This document shows, in pieces, positions 1 through 6,736 of a stretch of 10,042 bases of DNA. This DNA is from Candidatus Nanohaloarchaea archaeon (lineage in GTDB: Archaea > Nanohalarchaeota > Nanosalinia > Nanosalinales > Nanosalinaceae): the NCBI GenBank assembly GCA_046539225.1, contig JBKHHG010000023.1, positions 1-10,042 of the forward strand. Direction: 5' to 3'. Numbering within the stretch: the first letter of the stretch is position 1; the number at the start of each line of letters is the position of its first letter. Both the position numbers and the translations under genes were made by a program. The notes under the pieces were generated by a model. The model did not search any database, had not been told where the DNA came from, and saw only the letters and a program-made list of their open reading frames with translations.

Positions 1-2046
1 ACGACAGTGATGGTGGGTGAGAAGCCAAATGTTGCGAGTAAACTTGCTCAGGCCCTGGGTAATTACAGTGTTGAGGAGAACCGAGGGGTCAAGAACTATA
101 TTCTTGAGAAGAACGGTGAGAAGATTATTATTGCTCCGGCCGTTGGACATATCTTTAATCTTGAGGATCAGAGCGGGGACTGGGATTATCCTACTTTTGA
201 TGTGGAGTGGGTTCCAACCTTTGAGACGAATGACTCTGCGGACTACATGAAAAAATATTACAACAATTTGAAGGACCAGCTTGAGAAGGCGGATGAGTAC
301 ATCAACGCGTGCGACTACGACCTGGAAGGCTCGGTCATCGGAAGCAACGTTATCAAGCATCTTGCTGAGGCCTCGGATGACAGGATCAAGAGGATGAAGT
401 TTTCCACATTGACCGCGAGCGATTTAGAGGAGGCCTTTGACGACCTTGAAAGCTTTGATAAGGGTATGACCGAAGCAGGGTTAACTCGGCATGTTCTTGA
501 TTTCTATTATGGTATAAATGTTTCCCGGGCATTGATGAAAGCAGTACGGGAGAACGACCGGTACAAGACGTTGAGTACGGGAAGGGTTCAGGGCCCGGCC
601 TTATCTATGCTTGCGGAGAAGGAGAAGTCGATCATGGAGTTTGAGCCGGATCCTTACTGGGAGATCTACCTGAAGAACTCCGAGGTTGAGGCCCAGCTGG
701 AGCACGAGGATGAGGACCGGATCTGGGAGGAAGAGGTCGCAGAGCAGATCTACCTGACTGTTGAGGGCGAGAAAGATGCGAAGGTTTCCGATGTTGATAC
801 CAGGAACTACAAGCACAAGGTACCCGTGCCTTTCAACCTGACCGATCTCCAGAGCGAGGCCTCAAGCCAGTTTAACATTAATCCGAAGAAGACCCAGTCG
901 ATCGCCCAGACTCTGTATGAAAACGGTTTGATCTCGTATCCGCGTACCGAGTCCCAGAAGCTTCCTGCGAAGATTGGCTACAAGAACCTGCTGAAGAGGA
1001 TTAAGAACCAGGGTAGTTACACGGATCTCGCGGAGAAAGTTCTGGACAAGGATGAGATCTACCCGAAGCAGGGTAAGAAAGAGGACGATGCCCATCCCGC
1101 GATCTATCCAACAGGGGAGCAGCCCGGAAACTTATCGAAGAAGGAGAGAAATGTGTATGACCTGATTGTGAAGCGTTTTCTGGCCGTGTTTGGAGAGGCG
1201 GCGCAGAGGCAGAGCATTACAATGACTCTTGAAGTTCTGGGATACGAGTTCAAGGCCAAGTCAAAGATCACGCTGGAGAGGAACTGGTTTGATCTCTACG
1301 ATCCCTATGTACGGGTGGAGGAGGCCGAGCTCCCTGAGCTTGAGGAGGGCCAGGTCCTGGACGTGGAAGAGTTTGAAAAGGTTGAGAAGGAGACCAAGCC
1401 GCCGAGAAGGTACTCACAGTCAGGTATCGTCTCCGAACTTGAGAAGAGAAACCTTGGGACAAAAGCCACGAGAGCGCAGATCGTCGACAGGCTTTACAAC
1501 CGTGATTACATCGAAGGCGATCCGATCGAGGTAACGGATTTAGGCCTTTCAATCGTCGACACACTCCAGAAGTACTGCCCTGAGGTCGTCTCCGAGGACC
1601 TGACACGCGAGTTCGAGCAGAAGATGGAGGAAATCAGAGATGGAGAAATAACAAGGCCTGAAGTTCTGAACGACGCAGAGAAAAACCTGGGAGAAGTGCT
1701 TAGAGAGTTCAAAAAGCAGCAGAAGGATATAGGAGCTGAGCTCGTCCAGACTATAGACGCGGAGAGGAATAGGAAGAGAAAGTTAGGGCCTTGCGAGAGA
1801 TGCGAAGACAGCGATAGAGATGGAGGGGTCTTGCAGATTATAAAGGCGAACGGCAGTCGTTTCGTGGGCTGCACCAACTATCCCGACTGTGAAAACACTT
1901 ACCCGCTTCCAAACAATGGCAACATCAACTCTACCGATAAAGAATGTGATGAATGTGGTAAGCCGGTGATCTACGTGGAGAGGAAGAACAATAAGGATTA
2001 CTCCATGTGTATAGACCCTGACTGCCCCTCTAAAGACGACTGGTAA
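1..2046 (+). CDS. topA: DNA topoisomerase type IA (archaeal TopA/Top3-like) with C-terminal zinc ribbons; start probably at or just upstream of the window edge
   Basis: Toprim EKP..A and DYDLEG (DxD) motifs, GRVQGP, catalytic ISYPRT (Tyr codon 937-939), AHPAIYPT, LGTKATRA, and two C-terminal Cys4 clusters (CERC...CTNYPDC; CDEC...CIDPDC). The frame is open from base 1 (T-T-V-M-V-G-E-K-P), so the true start may lie just before the window. Confidence 0.95.
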   Translation, partial: TTVMVGEKPNVASKLAQALGNYSVEENRGVKNYILEKNGEKIIIAPAVGHIFNLEDQSGDWDYPTFDVEWVPTFETNDSADYMKKYYNNLKDQLEKADEYINACDYDLEGSVIGSNVIKHLAEASDDRIKRMKFSTLTASDLEEAFDDLESFDKGMTEAGLTRHVLDFYYGINVSRALMKAVRENDRYKTLSTGRVQGPALSMLAEKEKSIMEFEPDPYWEIYLKNSEVEAQLEHEDEDRIWEEEVAEQIYLTVEGEKDAKVSDVDTRNYKHKVPVPFNLTDLQSEASSQFNINPKKTQSIAQTLYENGLISYPRTESQKLPAKIGYKNLLKRIKNQGSYTDLAEKVLDKDEIYPKQGKKEDDAHPAIYPTGEQPGNLSKKERNVYDLIVKRFLAVFGEAAQRQSITMTLEVLGYEFKAKSKITLERNWFDLYDPYVRVEEAELPELEEGQVLDVEEFEKVEKETKPPRRYSQSGIVSELEKRNLGTKATRAQIVDRLYNRDYIEGDPIEVTDLGLSIVDTLQKYCPEVVSEDLTREFEQKMEEIRDGEITRPEVLNDAEKNLGEVLREFKKQQKDIGAELVQTIDAERNRKRKLGPCERCEDSDRDGGVLQIIKANGSRFVGCTNYPDCENTYPLPNNGNINSTDKECDECGKPVIYVERKNNKDYSMCIDPDCPSKDDW

Positions 2047-2049
2047 GGC

Positions 2050-2331
2050 CTAACTCGAGCCTATCTCCTCTCTTTCAAGGTCGATGGCTGTATCGATCAA
2101 CAGTCTTCCGAGCTGGCGGCCTCTCTCCCTTGGAAGATCTTTCTCATCGAAGCGGTCGGCGAACTGGCGCATGACTTCTTCCTCCCGGTCCTCGTCCTTC
2201 ACATCCATATCGTTTTTCTCCTTGTACTCAACGATCCTGAGGACTTCAGCCATTCTCTCATCTACTTTTTCAACTATCTCCTCGTTTATCTCATCTATGT
2301 TCTGTCTTGCGTCTTCAAGCGCGTTACCCAT
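2050..2331 (-). CDS. Monofunctional chorismate mutase, AroQ/type II
   Basis: Helical ~93-aa protein LEDARQNIDEINEEIVEKVDERM...IVEYK...VKDEDREEEV matches the AroQ pattern (R..ID.ID..I..L...R....I...K......D..RE..V) and sits next to tyrA and pheA. ATG 2331 is preferred over the ORF-track GTG 2349 because a TATA-like TTTTTAAG lies at -31..-24. Confidence 0.85.
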   Translation of the reverse strand: MGNALEDARQNIDEINEEIVEKVDERMAEVLRIVEYKEKNDMDVKDEDREEEVMRQFADRFDEKDLPRERGRQLGRLLIDTAIDLEREEIGSS

Positions 2332-2354
2332 AACAGTAAAGAACTGCACAAGGC

Positions 2355-2362
2355 CTTAAAAA
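2355..2362 (-). promoter_or_regulatory. Putative TATA box (TTTTTAAG) for a leaderless chorismate mutase transcript; the T-run may double as the tyrA terminator
   Basis: Directly follows the tyrA stop, 24-31 nt upstream of ATG 2331, which is typical archaeal leaderless spacing. Confidence 0.5.
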
Positions 2363-3217
2363 CTATCTTACCTCATCCGAGAGAAACTCGATAACCATGT
2401 CTGTTCTCTGCTGTGCACCTTCAAGATCAAACTCCTCTCCAAGCTCCTTGAACTTCTCGGCGAAGGCCTCTTCATCGCCTACAACTTCCTGAAGGGTTTC
2501 AGCCGACTCCATAAAGCTTTGCCGGATCTCCTCGTTTTCAGGGTTTTCAGCCTGTATAGAACCGTAGAGGCCTGGCTTCTGGTTCAGCATTCGCGCGGTC
2601 AAATCGGTTATCATCTGGTAGACCGGGGAAGAATACTCCGCCATGTCTTCACCGGTCAGATCCGTTTTCCTGATGGTTTCAGCAACCACAAGCTCCGAAA
2701 AATGCATAAGACCCTGTACAAGACTCATAGCCCTGTCATGGCTCTCAGGATCAGTAACATGTATCTCTGCACCTCTCTCTTTCCAGAACTCTTCCATCTC
2801 AGTCCATAGAGAACCTTTCTCAGGCGTCAAGACAATTTTCTGGCCTTTAATCGAGTTGCTTGGCGCATACATGGGATGCATTCCCAGGACTTCGTTCGAA
2901 TACTTTTTCATGGCATCAACAGGTTTCTTCTTGACAGATGTTATATCACAGAGCAGTGAATCCTCAGAGACATGAGGCCCAACCTCTTCAATAACCTCAA
3001 CAGTTACAGAGATCGGGACAGCGATGATTACAACATCAGCATCTTCTACAATCTCAGTATTTTTTCCATAATGCCAGCCATGATTTTCAGCGACCTCTGA
3101 GGCCTTTTCAACGTTCTTGCCGGATATAACTATTTCATTGTCGTCTTCCAGGGCTTCTCCAAGGTGCTGGCCGAACTTTCCCGTCCCTCCGACAATCGCA
3201 ACCCTTCTATCAATCAC
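2363..3217 (-). CDS. tyrA: Prephenate (or arogenate) dehydrogenase
   Basis: Rossmann VAIVGGTGKFG, ADVVIIAVP, LLCDITSVK, GMHPMYAP, HDRAMSLVQGLMH. Start placed at GTG 3217, overlapping the aminotransferase stop (3210-3212), with GGAG upstream. Confidence 0.9.
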   Translation of the reverse strand: MIDRRVAIVGGTGKFGQHLGEALEDDNEIVISGKNVEKASEVAENHGWHYGKNTEIVEDADVVIIAVPISVTVEVIEEVGPHVSEDSLLCDITSVKKKPVDAMKKYSNEVLGMHPMYAPSNSIKGQKIVLTPEKGSLWTEMEEFWKERGAEIHVTDPESHDRAMSLVQGLMHFSELVVAETIRKTDLTGEDMAEYSSPVYQMITDLTARMLNQKPGLYGSIQAENPENEEIRQSFMESAETLQEVVGDEEAFAEKFKELGEEFDLEGAQQRTDMVIEFLSDEVR

Positions 3218-4319
3218 TTTGAACCATCTCCGATTCCAGCCGGTCAAAGGCCTTCTCGATTTCGTCTTTTGTGGTGGATCCGAAGCAGATCCTCACGTTT
3301 TCATCGCTTTCAGGTCCCATCGGCTCGCCAGGTACCATTGCAACACCTTCCTTAATCATATCCATGCAGAAACTCCAGGAATCTTCTCCAACCTCTGGGA
3401 AAGCGTAGATTGCGCCTTCAGGAGCGACAAAGCTCCAGCCAAGCCGCTTCATTCTTTCAACAAGAAGGTCACGTCGCTCATGATAGGTTTCACGCATTTC
3501 TTCCACGTGAGAATCGTTTTGAAGCGCTTCAATCGCGGCGTACTGTGAGATTCTTGGCGGACACGCGGTAGAGGCCCGGGAAACCTTTGCGTACTCCTCA
3601 ATGTTTCCAGGTTCGTCGACCAGCCAGCCGACCCGCCAGCCTGTCATGGCATGGTGCTTGGAGGTCGAGCCTATTACTGCAGCGTTTTCAGTGTAGGCTG
3701 CTGGTGAAAAGTGTTTTCTGCCGAAAGTCAATCTGTGGTAGACCTCGTCCGATAGAAGGAAAGTATCGTGTTTATCTGCAAACTCTGCGATTTCTTTTGC
3801 CTGTTCTTCGCTGAGGACGTAGCCTGTCGGGTTTCCAGGCGTGTTAACAACCACCATGTCCGCATCCTTGATTTCCTCTTTTGCTTCAGGCCTCAGGTTT
3901 CTATCACTATCCCAGTACTGTACCTGCGTCCATTTGTTTTCCGAGACCTCGCTTATCATTTTGTACGGCCCCCAGCATGGATCATTGAACACTGCTTTGT
4001 CGTTTCTTCCAAGTCTTGCGGCGAAAACTGCGTAGAGCGCTCCCATTCCTCCTGTCGTTACCATGACTTCTTCTCTGGAAACTTCAAGGCCTTTTTTCAT
4101 TGATTCTTCCTCTGCGATTTCTTCTCTTAGTTCTTCAAGACCGAGCATCGGAGAATAGCCTTGCTTGTTTTCCAGGCCTTTTTTAGCGGCTTCTTTCACG
4201 TGTTGCGGCGTGTCGAAGCTGGGCTGGCCTATGTCAAATCTGACGATTTCATCCTGTTCCGCGGCTTTTTCTGAAATCTTTCTTATTGAGAGGCTGATGT
4301 TTTCGATTCTTTCCCTCAT
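3210..4319 (-). CDS. PLP-dependent class I/II aminotransferase (AspC-like; likely aromatic amino acid transaminase by context)
   Basis: DIGQPSFDTP, GYSPMLG, NTPGNPTG, SDEVYH, GSTSKHHAMTGWRVGW (PLP lysine), PEGAIYAF, VRICF. ATGA overlap with pheA (4316-4319) and a GGTGAT Shine-Dalgarno. Confidence 0.92.
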   Translation of the reverse strand: MRERIENISLSIRKISEKAAEQDEIVRFDIGQPSFDTPQHVKEAAKKGLENKQGYSPMLGLEELREEIAEEESMKKGLEVSREEVMVTTGGMGALYAVFAARLGRNDKAVFNDPCWGPYKMISEVSENKWTQVQYWDSDRNLRPEAKEEIKDADMVVVNTPGNPTGYVLSEEQAKEIAEFADKHDTFLLSDEVYHRLTFGRKHFSPAAYTENAAVIGSTSKHHAMTGWRVGWLVDEPGNIEEYAKVSRASTACPPRISQYAAIEALQNDSHVEEMRETYHERRDLLVERMKRLGWSFVAPEGAIYAFPEVGEDSWSFCMDMIKEGVAMVPGEPMGPESDENVRICFGSTTKDEIEKAFDRLESEMVQSD

Positions 4320-5092
4320 TTTTCATCACCTGCTATCTTGAAGCTGCCGAGATCCTGGACTTTTCCATAGGTTTCAAGGCATTTTTTTGCGTTCTCAAGT
4401 TTTTCGCCGGCAGCGTTTGCCTCGACGTAGAAGTAGTACTCTCCAAGTTTTCTCTTGGTGGGCCGTGACTGGAGATGGCTCAGGTTGATCTGATGACCGG
4501 CGAAACACGAAAGCATTGCATGAAGCAGTCCTGGCCGGTCCTCACCCGGATCCAGGATCAACGCAGTCTTTTCCTCAGCCTCTGCTTCTCCGTTAAGCAC
4601 GAAGAAACGAGTAATGTTTGTCTCGACGTCCTGGACAGAAGTCTCCAGTATATTCTTCCCGTTGATTTCTGCGGCAATCTCCGAAGCCAGTGCCGCTTCA
4701 CCGCTTCCAAGATTTTCTACAGCAGCTGCGGTTGATCCGGTCTCTTCTTTACTCCATTCATGCCTCTGTATAATTTCCTTTGACTGTGAAAGAGCCTGTG
4801 GATGTGACTTCACCTTTTCAATGTCTTCAATTGATTCTTCCTCCGAAATCAGAGCATGCTGGATCCTGAGATGGATTTCAGCAGTTATTGTATCGTCTCC
4901 TTCTCTTAGAAGCTCTACTGTATCTGATACCCCGCCTCCGAGCGAGTTCTCGACCGGGACAAACTTTGTCTCGATTTCTGACTCGAAAACTTCTCTGATG
5001 GTCGAGCAGAAAACCGGTTCCAGGTTTTCAAAGTATTTATCCGCTGCCTGATGAGTATAGGTTCCCTCAGGGCCGAGCAATGCTACTTTCAT
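4316..5092 (-). CDS. pheA: Prephenate dehydratase with C-terminal ACT domain
   Basis: LGPEGTYT, VPVENSLGG, SHPQALSQ, STAAA, catalytic NITRF, ACT-domain DRPGLL...INLSHLQSRP. Confidence 0.93.
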   Translation of the reverse strand: MKVALLGPEGTYTHQAADKYFENLEPVFCSTIREVFESEIETKFVPVENSLGGGVSDTVELLREGDDTITAEIHLRIQHALISEEESIEDIEKVKSHPQALSQSKEIIQRHEWSKEETGSTAAAVENLGSGEAALASEIAAEINGKNILETSVQDVETNITRFFVLNGEAEAEEKTALILDPGEDRPGLLHAMLSCFAGHQINLSHLQSRPTKRKLGEYYFYVEANAAGEKLENAKKCLETYGKVQDLGSFKIAGDEK

Positions 5093-5093
5093 T

Positions 5094-5162
5094 TAAGGCC
5101 TCAACTCCTTCATACATTACCGGTGTGATTTGAATCCTTTAATATCTCTGCTTGAGGCCTTA
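5094..5162. repeat. Perfect 11-bp inverted repeat flanking the pheA upstream region
   Basis: TAAGGCCTCAA (5094-5104) and TTGAGGCCTTA (5152-5162) are exact reverse complements with a 47-nt spacer. Confidence 0.85.
5137..5144 (-). promoter_or_regulatory. Putative TATA box (TATTAAAG) for the pheA-aminotransferase-tyrA operon
   Basis: AT-rich box preceded by purine-rich GCAGAGA (BRE-like) on the minus strand. AAGGAG SD-like element at 5105-5110. Confidence 0.45.
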
Positions 5163-5169
5163 CCTGTTC

Positions 5170-5610
5170 TTATTCTCTGCCCCAGTAGCCGGGGAGGCCG
5201 TCCCATTCCGAGAACTCTGTCGGCGGGAAATTCGTGTCCTCTTCTTCAATGTACCGGGCGATCTGCTTCGACTGCTGCGGGTGAAGATCGCTGTCTTCAA
5301 CGTCTTTCCTGAAGATTTCTGTCGCTCCTACTTTCTCATCCGGGTAGAGATGCTTGGCGATATCCTCGACTGTTTCAAGCTCGTCTTCGTCAAAGGCGAG
5401 GCCTGGGTCAAGCATCTCCCTTTCTCTTCCGCGGACGTATTCCACCCCGGCGCAGTCGAGAACCGTGTAGACTATATCGATCTCTGAATATCCCTCGGCT
5501 TCTTCCCACCATGAACGTTTCCAGCCCTCTACCTCATATAAATCGGGCTGGCGCTGCCTCTGGACAAGGCCTCCATCAGCCACTTTTTCAGGGCTGTATT
5601 CAGAGGGCAT
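5170..5610 (-). CDS. Hypothetical acidic protein (146 aa)
   Basis: Glu/Asp-rich composition matching neighbouring genes. ATG 5610 is preceded by SD-like GTGAT (alternative start GTG 5619). No family recognised. Confidence 0.7.
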   Translation of the reverse strand: MPSEYSPEKVADGGLVQRQRQPDLYEVEGWKRSWWEEAEGYSEIDIVYTVLDCAGVEYVRGREREMLDPGLAFDEDELETVEDIAKHLYPDEKVGATEIFRKDVEDSDLHPQQSKQIARYIEEEDTNFPPTEFSEWDGLPGYWGRE

Positions 5611-5699
5611 AGAAATCACTGTATCTATTTGTAGGGGTTTTGCGGGTTGCGTTGCATGGTGTGTTGTGTGTTTTGAGTTTCATTTTTGAGAGCACATCA

Positions 5700-5915
5700 G
5701 AAAAAGGCCTTTCACCGGTTAGAGCAGAAAGGCCTAAAGTTTACAGTAAAAGCAGCAGTAGAAGATCAGCGGTTAAAATTCTCGAGTCAGAAAATGCAGT
5801 GCAGAATCTATTTTTGTAGAACGTAGAATTCAAAGATTTCTGCTCAAGTAATGTTCTCTTTCGAGAGACATTGCAGAACGCGTCCACCTTTAGTTCGGGC
5901 GGAAGTACTCATCGT
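5700..5915 (-). ncRNA. Candidate structured non-coding RNA or cis-regulatory leader (unassigned family)
   Basis: Upstream TATA, two nested or adjacent stem-loops (5883-5903; 5838-5878 with a tetraloop), terminal hairpin plus T-run, and no long ORF. Confidence 0.4.
5701..5735 (-). terminator. Hairpin followed by a T-run (terminator-like) on the minus strand
   Basis: AGGCCTTTC (5705-5713) and GAAAGGCCT (5727-5735) form a perfect 9-bp stem with a 13-nt loop, followed by TTTT on the minus strand. Confidence 0.5.
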
Positions 5916-5937
5916 ATCCTAAAATGAGAGACAGGCC

Positions 5938-5945
5938 TTTAAAAA
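5938..5945 (-). promoter_or_regulatory. Putative TATA box (TTTTTAAA) firing into the 5700-5915 region
   Basis: Minus strand reads AAAGAG-TTTTTAAA-GGCCT (purine-rich BRE-like element plus TATA), nearly identical to the chorismate mutase promoter context. Confidence 0.5.
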
Positions 5946-5976
5946 CTCTTTGTTGAGGGGTAGCTACAGTTGTGTT

Positions 5977-6663
5977 CTATAGCAGGCCTCTGGTTTCCTT
6001 TTCCTCGACTATTCCCTCGTTGGCTATTGAAAACTTTCTTGACCTGCCTTTAGGTATTGAACGGTGCTTGGAGACCTCCATTTTTCTGCTGGAGTTTTCT
6101 GAAAGCTTTATCAGGCATTTCGACCAGTACTTTGGTACGTCTCGGCCTACAAGCTCCAGGTCTTCTTCATCGAAGCTTGTGTAGACCTGGTTGGTGATCA
6201 TAATCGGTATGCTGTGTTTACGGGCGATTTTTGAAAGCTCGGAGAGCTGCTGGGATAGCCGCTGGTTTACCTCGGAGGCGTTTTCCCCGTCGACTTTCAG
6301 ACGGTAGAGGGAGACCGCGGAGTCCACCACGATCAGGTCGATCTCCTCGGATTCCACCATGGCCTCGAGTTCCTCGACTGTCTCCTCCTGCTGGCTGAAC
6401 TCGACCGGGTTCTTGATTACAATGTTTTCCAGCGAGGTCTCTCCTCCTATCTGTTTCATTCTTTCCGGTGAAAATCCTCCTTCTGTATCTATGTATGCTA
6501 CTTTTCCTCCGTTGGCCGCGACTTCTGCCGAGGCCTGGATGCAGAAAGCCGTCTTTCCTGTTCCTGACTCTCCGTAAATGTTTGTGATTACTCCTTTCTC
6601 GATTCCGCCTTCGAGCAGCTCGTCTATGGGTTCTGAACCGGTTGGGACTCTTTCTACTTCCAC
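5977..6663 (-). CDS. radB: DNA repair and recombination protein RadB
   Basis: RecA-family core without the RadA N-terminal domain: PTGSEPIDELLEGG, Walker A GESGTGKT, YIDTEGGFSPER, Walker B LIVVDS, ITNQVY, and the RadB-typical C-terminal KHRS basic patch. Start placed at GTG 6663, with TATA-like ATTTAAG about 25 nt upstream. Confidence 0.92.
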   Translation of the reverse strand: MEVERVPTGSEPIDELLEGGIEKGVITNIYGESGTGKTAFCIQASAEVAANGGKVAYIDTEGGFSPERMKQIGGETSLENIVIKNPVEFSQQEETVEELEAMVESEEIDLIVVDSAVSLYRLKVDGENASEVNQRLSQQLSELSKIARKHSIPIMITNQVYTSFDEEDLELVGRDVPKYWSKCLIKLSENSSRKMEVSKHRSIPKGRSRKFSIANEGIVEEKETRGLL

Positions 6664-6684
6664 AGTGATTATTGCTTCACAATC

Positions 6685-6736
6685 CTTAAATCGGTGCACA
6701 GAATTTTTTTACTCACGTCAATAAAAAAACTTATAA
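6685..6736. promoter_or_regulatory. Divergent promoter region (radB TATA ~6685-6691 on minus; TTATAA 6731-6736 on plus) with a central imperfect palindrome
   Basis: Both boxes lie about 25-30 nt from their start codons (6663 and 6761). A-rich BRE-like sequence precedes TTATAA. Confidence 0.6.

Noticed and set aside
5680..5700. CTGATG...GAAAC on the minus strand suggesting a hammerhead ribozyme or C/D box RNA
   Set aside because: The core reads CTGATGT rather than CUGANGA, the required flanking stems are absent, and no properly spaced C and D boxes were found.
5806..5831. AATTCTAC...TAGAT-like sequence reminiscent of a Cas12a repeat
   Set aside because: Single degenerate copy with no repeat-spacer periodicity and no cas effector in the window.
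5879..5892. Minus-strand TAAAGGTGGACGCG resembles the T-box consensus (GGTGGNACCGCG) upstream of amino acid biosynthesis genes
   Set aside because: It lacks the intact UGGNACC bulge, lies near the 5' end instead of next to the terminator, and has no Stem I or specifier loop. T-boxes are a bacterial element.
5844..5912. 22-codon minus-strand ORF MSTSARTKGGRVLQCLSKENIT starting about 25 nt past the TATA box
   Set aside because: Basic, not acidic like the proteome, and fully overlapping the stem-loops. Not called as a CDS, though a leader peptide cannot be excluded.
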